From Eubacterium sp. (lineage in GTDB: Bacteria > Bacillota > Clostridia > Lachnospirales > Lachnospiraceae): a DNA stretch of 64,000 bases. A program made the translations under genes and the position numbers. Below, one piece after another: positions 1-8,159 of the stretch (within the stretch, counting starts at the first letter, position 1; each line of letters starts with the position of its first letter). The stretch spans positions 69,678-133,677 of the forward strand of contig JAETSX010000003.1 of assembly GCA_021769425.1 (NCBI GenBank), read 5' to 3'. The notes under the pieces are model-generated. The model made no database searches, had not been told where the DNA came from, and saw only the letters and a program-made list of their open reading frames with translations.

Positions 1-143
1 ATAAGTTAAAATTGGATTTAACTTATATTGAAAACTATTCTTTTTGGCTGGATATGAAGCTGATGCTGATGACATTTAAAATTATCTTTCAGAAGGAAAA
101 CACAGAGGGCATTGATAAGAAGCAGAGAACAGCTGTAAAATAA
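1..143 (+). CDS. 3' end (last ~46 codons) of a bacterial sugar transferase (polyprenyl-phosphate sugar-1-phosphate transferase family); the 5' part lies outside the window
   Basis: Frame 3 reads KLKLDLTYIENYSFWLDMKLMLMTFKIIFQKENTEGIDKKQRTAVK, then TAA at 141-143. The YIxNxSxxLDxK tail is the conserved C-terminus of Bac_transf-type enzymes. Confidence 0.7.
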   Translation, partial: KLKLDLTYIENYSFWLDMKLMLMTFKIIFQKENTEGIDKKQRTAVK

Positions 144-154
144 GGAGAATCAGA

Positions 155-901
155 ATGGAAGATCAAGTAACCGTATCTGTGGTTATGCCGGCCTATAATG
201 CCGGAAAGTATATTGCACAGGCCATTGAGTCTGTGCTGTGTCAGGAGGTGCCTCTGGAGCTTCTGGTGATTGATGACTGTTCCGCTGACAATACGGCTGA
301 AATTGTAACCCGGTATGCACAGGATGAAAGAGTGGTATTAATCCGGAATAAGCAGAATCAGGGCGCTGCAAAGAGCCGGAATATAGGAATCCGCCGTGCC
401 CGGGGAACCTATCTTGCATTTCTGGATGCAGATGACTGGTGGCAGCAGGGCAAATTAAAGCTCCAGTGCCGGAAACTGCAGGAAACGGGTCTGGTGTTAT
501 GCTGTACCGGACGGGAGCTGATGAATGCAGACGGCTCGCCCAGAGGGAAAATCATAAGCGCGCCGGAAGTGATTACTTATGGGATGCTGCTCCGGACAAA
601 CAGCATTGCATGTTCTTCGGTTGTGATGCAGACCGAAGCGGCCAGGGAATTCTATATGAGCCATGACGAGCTGCATGAGGATTATATTTTATGGCTGAAG
701 GTTCTGAAAAAATACGGCAATGCCTGCGGAATTGCTGAGCCCATGCTGAAATCCAGAATGAGCCAGGGTGGCAAATCCAGAAATAAACTGAAATCGGCCC
801 GGATGCATTTTGGCGTATACCGCCTGATGGGGATTGGGCGGATTGCGTCCTGTTACTATTTTCTGATGTATATATTTCACGGCATCCGCAAATATATGTG
901 A
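155..901 (+). CDS. Family 2 glycosyltransferase
   Basis: VSVVMPAYNAGKYIAQAIESVLCQ...LLVIDDCSADNT...AFLDADDWW is the classic GT2 N-terminal fold with a DxD motif. GGAG lies upstream of the ATG. Confidence 0.85.
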   Translation: MEDQVTVSVVMPAYNAGKYIAQAIESVLCQEVPLELLVIDDCSADNTAEIVTRYAQDERVVLIRNKQNQGAAKSRNIGIRRARGTYLAFLDADDWWQQGKLKLQCRKLQETGLVLCCTGRELMNADGSPRGKIISAPEVITYGMLLRTNSIACSSVVMQTEAAREFYMSHDELHEDYILWLKVLKKYGNACGIAEPMLKSRMSQGGKSRNKLKSARMHFGVYRLMGIGRIASCYYFLMYIFHGIRKYM

Positions 902-988
902 AGGTTTAGGATCAGTGAGCAAAAAGATGCAGATGCGATCCGCAGTGAAACACGGACAGAACTGCAAATGGAAAGGTGAGGAGTATTT

Positions 989-1765
989 ATGAGAGAAAGA
1001 ATCAAGAACTTTTTCCGTTACCGTTTTCTGCTGGGAGAATTGGTAAAAAAAGGAATTAAACTGAAATACAGAAGATCCTATCTGGGAATTTTGTGGTCAT
1101 TGCTGGAGCCTTTGTTAACCACATGCGTACTGACAATTGTGTTCGGAACCCTTTTCGGCAACAGCGACCCTACGTTCCCGGTTTATATTTTAAGCGGGCG
1201 CCTGCTGTATTCCTTCTTTTCCCAGGGCACCACAGGGGCGCTGAAATCCATTCGGGCCAATGCGTCCATGATTAAGAAGGTGTATGTGCCGAAATATCTC
1301 TATCCTTTGTCCAGCGTCTTGTTTAATTATATTATATTTTTGATTTCCCTGGCAGTATTGATTGTGCTGGCTATGGCTTTTCGGGTGTTTCCGACCTTTT
1401 ATATCCTGTGGACGATCCCCTGTCTGCTGCTTTTGCTGCTGCTTTCTTATGGGGTGGGAATGATTCTGGCCACCATAGGAGTGTTTTTCAGGGATATGGA
1501 ATATCTTTGGAATGTATTGTTAATGCTGGTCATGTATACCTGCGCCATTTTTTATTTTCCGGAAAAGCTGTTAAAAAGCGGCTACGGCTGGATTTTAAAA
1601 TGGAATCCTCTGTACTGCATTATTGCCAATTTCAGGCATGCTGTATTCGGGGAACCAATGCACATGAAAATGTTTCTGTATGCCGCTGGATTCAGCGTTG
1701 CTTCCTTAATTTTGGGGCTGTTTGTCTTTTACAGGAAGCAGGATGAATTCATATTGCAGATATAG
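989..1765 (+). CDS. tagG: ABC-2 type polysaccharide/teichoic-acid export permease (TagG/Wzm-like)
   Basis: LGELVKKGIKLKYRRSYLGILWSLLEPLL opening, about 6 hydrophobic segments and an ATPase gene immediately downstream. The context includes tarIJ and TagF-family genes. Confidence 0.75.
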   Translation: MRERIKNFFRYRFLLGELVKKGIKLKYRRSYLGILWSLLEPLLTTCVLTIVFGTLFGNSDPTFPVYILSGRLLYSFFSQGTTGALKSIRANASMIKKVYVPKYLYPLSSVLFNYIIFLISLAVLIVLAMAFRVFPTFYILWTIPCLLLLLLLSYGVGMILATIGVFFRDMEYLWNVLLMLVMYTCAIFYFPEKLLKSGYGWILKWNPLYCIIANFRHAVFGEPMHMKMFLYAAGFSVASLILGLFVFYRKQDEFILQI

Positions 1766-1784
1766 AGGGAAAAGGAGAAAAAAA

Positions 1785-2522
1785 ATGGCGAAAGAAATAA
1801 TCCGGGCAGAGCATGTGGGCATGAAGTTCAACCTCAGCAAAGAAAAGGTGGACAGTCTGAAAGAATATGTAATCAAGTCCATAAAACGCCAGATGGAATA
1901 CAACGAATTCTGGGCCCTGAAGGATATTAATTTTACCCTGGAAAAAGGGGACCGTCTGGGGATTCTGGGCTTAAACGGGGCAGGAAAAAGCACCCTGCTG
2001 AAAGTGATTGCAGGAGTGTTTAAACCCACGGAAGGAAAAGTTTATAAAAAAGGGAAAATCGCCCCGCTGCTGGAATTGGGGGCAGGATTTGATATGCAGT
2101 ATACCGGTGCAGAAAATATTTATCTCTATGGAGCGGTACTGGGGTACAGCAAGAAATTTATAGATGAAAAATTTGATGAAATTGTAGCATTTTCGGAACT
2201 GAATAAGTTTATCGACGTTCCCCTGAAAAATTATTCCTCCGGCATGAAATCCAGGCTGGGATTTTCCATTGCCACGGTGGTGGCGCCGGAGATCCTGATA
2301 TTGGATGAAGTATTGTCGGTTGGAGACGCAAAGTTCCGAAAGAAAAGCGAAGGCAAAATCATGAGCATGTTTGACAAAGGCGTAACAGTGCTTTTTGTTT
2401 CCCATTCCCTGGAACAGGTCTGCCGTCTGTGCAATAAGGCGGTTATTCTGGATCACGGAACAATAAAATCCTTCGGCGGAATTGATGAGGTGGCGGAGGT
2501 TTACCGGAAGATGCTGGAGTAA
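1785..2522 (+). CDS. tagH: ABC transporter ATP-binding protein (TagH/Wzt-like, short form)
   Basis: Walker A GLNGAGKST, signature YSSGMKSRLGFS and Walker B ILILDEVLSVGD. The ORF is open from 1722, but ATG 1785 (MAKEII) follows GGAGA. Confidence 0.8.
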   Translation: MAKEIIRAEHVGMKFNLSKEKVDSLKEYVIKSIKRQMEYNEFWALKDINFTLEKGDRLGILGLNGAGKSTLLKVIAGVFKPTEGKVYKKGKIAPLLELGAGFDMQYTGAENIYLYGAVLGYSKKFIDEKFDEIVAFSELNKFIDVPLKNYSSGMKSRLGFSIATVVAPEILILDEVLSVGDAKFRKKSEGKIMSMFDKGVTVLFVSHSLEQVCRLCNKAVILDHGTIKSFGGIDEVAEVYRKMLE

Positions 2523-2574
2523 AGCGGCATTTGCAATAGGGCGTAAATTGTGATATATTGGTAAAAATTATGAA

Positions 2575-3615
2575 TTGACGATTACGGAGGAAGAAAAATT
2601 GAAGCTGATTATACAGATACCATGCTATAACGAGGCAGAAACACTGGAAATTGCCTTGAATGATCTGCCTAGGCAGATAGATGGAATCGACGAAATTGAA
2701 TATCTGATTATCAATGACGGCAGCAAGGACAACACCGTAGAGGTGGCAAGAAACTGGGGCGTAAACTATGTGGTGGATCTGAAACGGAATAAGGGGCTGG
2801 CCAAGGGATTTATGGCGGGACTGGACGCCTGCCTTAGAAATGGGGCGGACATTATCGTCAACACAGACGCCGATAACCAGTACTGCGCGGATGATATTGA
2901 GAAAATCGTCCGTCCCATACTGGAAGGGAAAACAGACATCGTCATTGGTGCAAGGCCGGTGGACGATACGGAGCACTGGTCTCCGTTAAAGAAAAAGCTG
3001 CAGCATTTCGGAAGCTGGGTGGTGCGCAAAGCCTCCCGCAGCGATATTCCCGATGCGCCCAGCGGTTTCAGGGCTTACAGCAGAGAAGCTGCCATGCGCC
3101 TGAATGTAGTCAATGAGTATACTTACACCTTAGAAACTATTGTTCAGGCCGGAAGAAGCAAGATTGCCATGGAATCCGTGCCCATCCGCACCAATGCGGA
3201 ACTGCGGCCTTCCCGGCTGTTCAGCAGCATGTTCGGCTATGTGAAGAAATCTATGCTCACAATTTTGAGGGCTTTTATGATGTACCGTCCCCTGATGGTC
3301 TTTTCCGTTATCGGCAGTATTATTTTTGCCGTGGGACTTGCCATCGGCATACGGTTTTTAGTATATTATTTCGGCGGAAACGGCGCAGGCCATATGCAGT
3401 CTTTGATTCTGGCCAGCACGCTGATGCTGTTGGGATTCCAGACCTTTATTGTAGGGCTTCTGGCAGATATTATCTCGGCTAACCGGAAAATATTGGAAGA
3501 TGTTCAATATCATGTCCGAAAACTGGATTTTGATCAAGCTGCGGAAAAAAAGAACGAGGCCAGGGACAGCGGGACTGCCCGGAAGCCGGATACAGATAAG
3601 AACATGGGAAAATAA
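2575..3615 (+). CDS. Membrane-anchored GT2, GtrB/CsbB/DPM1-like polyprenyl-phosphate glycosyltransferase
   Basis: IQIPCYNEAETL...LIINDGSKDNT...NTDADNQY catalytic domain, plus two C-terminal TM helices (LMVFSVIGSIIFAVGLAIGI, LILASTLMLLGFQTFIVGLLADII). The start is TTG and uncertain. Confidence 0.7.
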   Translation: MTITEEEKLKLIIQIPCYNEAETLEIALNDLPRQIDGIDEIEYLIINDGSKDNTVEVARNWGVNYVVDLKRNKGLAKGFMAGLDACLRNGADIIVNTDADNQYCADDIEKIVRPILEGKTDIVIGARPVDDTEHWSPLKKKLQHFGSWVVRKASRSDIPDAPSGFRAYSREAAMRLNVVNEYTYTLETIVQAGRSKIAMESVPIRTNAELRPSRLFSSMFGYVKKSMLTILRAFMMYRPLMVFSVIGSIIFAVGLAIGIRFLVYYFGGNGAGHMQSLILASTLMLLGFQTFIVGLLADIISANRKILEDVQYHVRKLDFDQAAEKKNEARDSGTARKPDTDKNMGK

Positions 3616-3782
3616 AGAAACGGCGCCGGGACTGCCGGAAGGCTGGATGCAGATAAGAACATGGAACAAGAATGAGGAAACGGCGCCGGGACTGCCGGAA
3701 GCCGGATGCAGATAGGAACATGGAACAAGAATGAGGAAACGGCGCCGGGACTGCCCGGAAGCCAGATGCAGAGATAGACACG
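3565..3782. repeat. Tandem repeat, about 3.5 copies of a 59-60 bp unit, starting inside the last codons of the GT2 gene
   Basis: The unit gaaacggcgccgggactgccggaagccggatgcagataagaacatggaacaagaatgag recurs at about 3617, 3677 and 3736. A diverged copy at 3565-3616 encodes the protein tail and stop. Confidence 0.9.
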
Positions 3783-3819
3783 AAAAATATAAGACAGAGA
3801 CAGTCAGGAGGGCTGAAAC

Positions 3820-4530
3820 ATGGTATACGGCGTAATTTTAGCAGGCGGCGTGGGCAGCCGCATGGGAAATGCAGAAAAGCCCAAGCAGTATCTCCAAATC
3901 GGCGAAAAGCCGATTATCATCCATACAGTGGAGAAAATGTATGTCCATCCGGAGATTGAAAAAGTTCTGGTATTATGTCCGGAACAGTGGGTATCCTATA
4001 CAAAAACCCTGTTGAAAAAGTACAGGCTTCCCACCGGGGAGATTGCTGTGCTCAAAGGCGGTTCCACCAGAAACGGAACTATAATGAATGCCATTTCCTA
4101 TATTGAGGAACAGGGAGATTTATCGGAGGATACGATTATTGTAACCCATGATTCAGTCAGGCCCTTTATCACTCACCGGATTATTTCAGAAAATGTGAAA
4201 TATGCCAGGAAATACGGGGCCTGCGATACAGTGATTTCCGCTACGGATACTATTGTGGAAAGCCGTGACGGAGAGGTGATCAGCGATATTCCGGATCGTT
4301 CCAAAATGTACCAGGGGCAGACTCCCCAGAGTTTTTGCGCACTCAAATTGAAAAACTTATATGAAAGCCTGAACGAAGAGGAAAGGAAAATTTTGACGGA
4401 TGCAGCCAAAATTTTTGCCATGAAAGGGGAAAAGGTTTATCTGGTTCAGGGGGAAGTTTCCAATATTAAAATCACCTATCCGTATGATCTGCGGGTAGCG
4501 GAAGCATTGATTAAAGAGGATAGAAAATAA
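3820..4530 (+). CDS. tarI: Ribitol-5-phosphate cytidylyltransferase (IspD/TarI family)
   Basis: VYGVILAGGVGSRMGNAEKPKQYLQIGEKPII cytidylyltransferase signature. It has a TAATG 1-nt overlap with a TarJ-like reductase gene. Confidence 0.8.
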   Translation: MVYGVILAGGVGSRMGNAEKPKQYLQIGEKPIIIHTVEKMYVHPEIEKVLVLCPEQWVSYTKTLLKKYRLPTGEIAVLKGGSTRNGTIMNAISYIEEQGDLSEDTIIVTHDSVRPFITHRIISENVKYARKYGACDTVISATDTIVESRDGEVISDIPDRSKMYQGQTPQSFCALKLKNLYESLNEEERKILTDAAKIFAMKGEKVYLVQGEVSNIKITYPYDLRVAEALIKEDRK

Positions 4531-5549
4531 TGTTAAATGCAGTGTATCGCTTAGTGGCGCCAAGAAGATTTGAAGTGGAATTTACGGAAATAGAATTGCG
4601 GAATGTGATCGTGCGGCCTACCCACCTGTCTATCTGCCGGGCAGATCAAAGATATTACCAGGGCACCCGTCCGGCGGAAGTTTTGGCAAAGAAACTGCCT
4701 ATGGCGCTGATTCATGAAGGAATCGGCCAGGTGGTCTATGATGAAACCGGAGAATATCAGACGGGCCAGCGGGTGGTAATGATCCCCAATACGCCCACAG
4801 AGCCGGATCCTGTCATTGCAGAAAATTATCTGCGCAGCAGCCGGTTCCGGGCCAGCGGGTTTGACGGATTTATGCAGGATTATGTGGAACTGGGACGGGA
4901 CAGGCTGGTGAGCCTTCCGACGGATATTGATTTACGGGTGGCGGCTTTTACAGAGCTGATTACGGTAAGCGTCCATGCCATCAGCAGATTTGACCGGATT
5001 GCCCACGGCAGACGCAGAAAGATAGGCATCTGGGGGGACGGCAACCTGGGATATATTACGGCTCTTTTATTCCATACCATGTTCCCGGACGTGAAGCTGT
5101 TTATTTTCGGCGTAGATGAAAATAAACTGGCGGATTTTGCTTTTGCAGAAGAAACCATTCTGGTCAAAGATATCCCAAAAGATCTGGAAGTGGACCATGC
5201 CTTTGAATGCGTAGGCGGAAACGGCGCCCAGATGGCCATCGATCAAATGATTGACCACATTGCGCCGGAAGGAACCATGGCCCTTTTGGGCGTGTCTGAG
5301 AATCATGTGCCAATCAATACCAGAATGGTGCTGGAAAAGGGCCTGCGCCTCTTTGGAAGCAGCAGAAGCGGCCGGGAGGATTTCGAACGGACCGTATCGC
5401 TGTTTGAGGAAAACCGGGAGTTGGTGGGCAATCTGCAGAACCTCATTGGAAGCGTTATTGAGGTGGGATCCATCGCTGATATGAAGGAAGCCTTTGAAAC
5501 GGATATCCGCAGGGCTTTTGGGAAGACAGTGATGGTCTGGAAGAACTAG
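4530..5549 (+). CDS. tarJ: Ribulose-5-phosphate reductase (Zn-dependent medium-chain dehydrogenase, TarJ-like)
   Basis: MLNAVYRLVAPRRFEV...RPTHLSICRADQRYYQGTR...LIHEGIG matches, from memory, the TarJ N-terminal pattern. The gene is coupled to tarI. Confidence 0.75.
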   Translation: MLNAVYRLVAPRRFEVEFTEIELRNVIVRPTHLSICRADQRYYQGTRPAEVLAKKLPMALIHEGIGQVVYDETGEYQTGQRVVMIPNTPTEPDPVIAENYLRSSRFRASGFDGFMQDYVELGRDRLVSLPTDIDLRVAAFTELITVSVHAISRFDRIAHGRRRKIGIWGDGNLGYITALLFHTMFPDVKLFIFGVDENKLADFAFAEETILVKDIPKDLEVDHAFECVGGNGAQMAIDQMIDHIAPEGTMALLGVSENHVPINTRMVLEKGLRLFGSSRSGREDFERTVSLFEENRELVGNLQNLIGSVIEVGSIADMKEAFETDIRRAFGKTVMVWKN

Positions 5550-5595
5550 TGGGGAGTAAGAATGCATAAGGATATAAGAAAAACAGCGTGAACAC

Positions 5596-6783
5596 ATGGA
5601 TAATAAAGCAGGAAAGAATATAATTCGGGGAATGATCAAGTTTTTGGTATACAAGGTTCTTTTTCCAGGCGTGTATGCCGCCGGAGCGCTTCGGAAAGTG
5701 AGAAAAGGAAAAACGATCTTCGTAGAACTTCACGGCAGTGCCTTAAGCGACAATTTTCGGCTTTTGAAAGAAGAGGCAGAGCAAAAACCAGGGTTTCAGA
5801 TCCGGGAATACTATCTGGATTTTCAGAAAGATTCTCTGTCTTATTACCGCAGATGCCTGGGGCTTTTGTGGGAGGCGTCAAATGCCCGGTATATTTTTCT
5901 CAATGATTCCTGCAATGTGCTGGGGGCTTTCAAAATGAGAAAAGGAAGCCGGATGATCCAGACCTGGCATGCCTGCGGCGCCTTTAAGAAGTGGGGATTC
6001 AGCGCAGCCGATCAGGAATACGGCGAGAGCCGTGAGGAACTTATGAAATATCCCTACCATCGGAATTATACTTTGGTGACTGTCAGCAGCCCGGAGGTGA
6101 TTTGGGCCTATCAGGATGCTTTTCAGGCGCCGGAGGCGGCAGTTCAGGCATTGGGAGTCAGCCGGACGGATGTTTATTTCCGCGAATCTTTCCGCCGGGA
6201 CGCTGAGCGGAAATATTTCAGACAGGTTCCCCAAGGGAACGGGAAAAAATGTATCCTGTATGTGCCCACATTCCGGGGAACCGGCGGGAAGGCAGACAGT
6301 CCGGGGATTTTGGACTATGCGTTTTTGAAACAGAAATTGGGACAGGATTATATCATCATTGAGAAACGCCATCCTTTTGTGAAAGAACCACTGAAATTGG
6401 AGGAATCCCTGAAAGATTTTGCCGTTGAGGACTGCGGATTGGAAATTGCAGAATTGCTCTGCATTGCGGATATCTGCGTAACAGATTATTCTTCTGTGGC
6501 GTTTGAATATTCATTGATGGAACGGCCGATGATATTTCTGGCCTATGATCTGGAAGAATATTTTGATAATCGGGGATTTTATTACGATTATCGGGAATTT
6601 GTGCCGGGTCCTGTGGTGAAAAACAGCGAAGAGCTTGCGGCGGCAGTCAGAAGCATCGGGGAGCAGCCGGAAGAAGCCAGGGAGAGAATTGCCGGGTTCC
6701 GGCAGAAATTTATGTCTTCCTGTGACGGACATGCCACAGAAAGAATCTGGCGGGAGATTGTGAAGCAGGACAACAGGAGCTGA
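5596..6783 (+). CDS. CDP-glycerol/CDP-ribitol polyol-phosphate transferase (TagB/TagF/TarL family)
   Basis: Motifs IQTWHACGAFKKWGF, LYVPTFRG, TDYSSVAFEY and CDGHATERI. Confidence 0.8.
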   Translation: MDNKAGKNIIRGMIKFLVYKVLFPGVYAAGALRKVRKGKTIFVELHGSALSDNFRLLKEEAEQKPGFQIREYYLDFQKDSLSYYRRCLGLLWEASNARYIFLNDSCNVLGAFKMRKGSRMIQTWHACGAFKKWGFSAADQEYGESREELMKYPYHRNYTLVTVSSPEVIWAYQDAFQAPEAAVQALGVSRTDVYFRESFRRDAERKYFRQVPQGNGKKCILYVPTFRGTGGKADSPGILDYAFLKQKLGQDYIIIEKRHPFVKEPLKLEESLKDFAVEDCGLEIAELLCIADICVTDYSSVAFEYSLMERPMIFLAYDLEEYFDNRGFYYDYREFVPGPVVKNSEELAAAVRSIGEQPEEARERIAGFRQKFMSSCDGHATERIWREIVKQDNRS

Positions 6784-6938
6784 ATGGCCGGCAGAATCCA
6801 TCGAATGACTGTCAGCAGGAATTGAATGGCCGGCAGAATCCATCGAATGACTGTCAGCAGGAATTGAATGGCCGGCAGAATCCATCGAATGACTGTCAGC
6901 AGGAATCGAATAGCCGGCAAAATCCATCGAATGTAAGG
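6781..6938. repeat. 42-bp tandem repeat: three perfect copies plus one degenerate partial copy, beginning exactly at the TGA stop of the upstream gene
   Basis: tgaatggccggcagaatccatcgaatgactgtcagcaggaat at 6781, 6823 and 6865, with a diverged copy at 6907-6938. Confidence 0.95.
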
Positions 6939-6951
6939 CAGGTTAGAAAGC

Positions 6952-8082
6952 ATGGGGAATAAGCTGAAAATAAGACAGGCATTGAAGGAATGCCTGAGAA
7001 AATTCATATTGCCTGTGGTATACCATATTTACTGCGTCCGGTATCCTGGCCCGGATCAGCGGCTTATCGTATTTGCCGACGCCCATCACAAGGAGTTTCC
7101 GGAGGATATGCGTCTGCTGAAAGAAGAAATGCAGCGGCGGGGGTACAAAGTTCAGGAACTGGTCCATGATTTTGCGGAAGTCAGCTTTGGGAAAAGCATA
7201 AAGGCGATGCTTTCCTTTCTAAAATATTACGCACAGGCAGGCCTGGTAGTGCTCTGTGATTACTACCTGCCTGTGATTTCCGTAAAAAAGCGGAAAGAAA
7301 CAAAAGTAATCCAGCTTTGGCATGCCTGCGGCGCCTATAAGAAATTTGGTTATGATGCCAGAGATGATTTGCTGTCAGTCAAGGATCAGAATATGTTCCG
7401 GAACTTTGATCTGGTTTCTGTCAGTTCTGAACACTGCAGAGTCGTGTATGCAGATGCCTTTCATCTTCCGTTGGAAAAAGTGCAGGCGTTGGGAGTCAGC
7501 CGGACGGATCGGTATTTTTCAGAATCATTTATGGAAGAATGCAGAAGCCGTTTTTTCAAAGAGTATCCTGAGGCGGCCGGCAGGAAAATTATCCTGTGGG
7601 CGCCTACCTTCCGTCACAATGCAGGGGAGGGAACGCTGTTTGGCGCAGAAGCCATAGACAGCCTTTGTGAAAAGCTTTCCGGGGAATGGTTTGTTATCCG
7701 GAAAGTTCATCCCCACCTGGAGAAAAAGATGGCGGCGTCTAACTGCAGAATTCCCACGGAACAGCTCTATGCGGCGGCGGATTTGCTGATTACCGATTAT
7801 TCTTCGGTAATTTTTGACTTTGCGCTGACAGGAAAGCCGATTCTGATTTATGCGCCGGATCGGACTCAATATGAAAAAGAACGGGGGTTTTACCTGGAGC
7901 TGGAGGAGCTTCCGGCACGGGTGGTCACAGATGGGGAGGAACTGGCAGAAGTAATTTCCCGGGGGGAATATAAAACGGCATCTGAGAAGTATGAGAAGTT
8001 TATAAAAAATCAGCTGCAGATGTGTGACGGACATGCCACCAGCCGGATTGCAGATTATATCGCAGATATGCAGGGCATGTGA
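6952..8082 (+). CDS. CDP-glycerol/ribitol polyol-phosphate transferase (TagF family)
   Basis: Motifs IQLWHACGAYKKFGY, LWAPTFRH, TDYSSVIFDF and CDGHATSRI. Confidence 0.8.
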   Translation: MGNKLKIRQALKECLRKFILPVVYHIYCVRYPGPDQRLIVFADAHHKEFPEDMRLLKEEMQRRGYKVQELVHDFAEVSFGKSIKAMLSFLKYYAQAGLVVLCDYYLPVISVKKRKETKVIQLWHACGAYKKFGYDARDDLLSVKDQNMFRNFDLVSVSSEHCRVVYADAFHLPLEKVQALGVSRTDRYFSESFMEECRSRFFKEYPEAAGRKIILWAPTFRHNAGEGTLFGAEAIDSLCEKLSGEWFVIRKVHPHLEKKMAASNCRIPTEQLYAAADLLITDYSSVIFDFALTGKPILIYAPDRTQYEKERGFYLELEELPARVVTDGEELAEVISRGEYKTASEKYEKFIKNQLQMCDGHATSRIADYIADMQGM

Positions 8083-8159
8083 AAACAGGAGAAGGAAACA
8101 GCTGCACGACCGGAATCGCATTTTTTACAGAAGCGGCGGCTGAGATGCAGGAGGAGAAA

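Noticed and set aside
3565-6938. The tandem repeats at 3565-3782 and 6781-6938, considered as possible CRISPR arrays
   Set aside because: The units are directly adjacent with no unique spacers. Unit lengths (59-60 and 42 bp) and contiguity fit plain tandem repeats, and there are no cas genes in the window.
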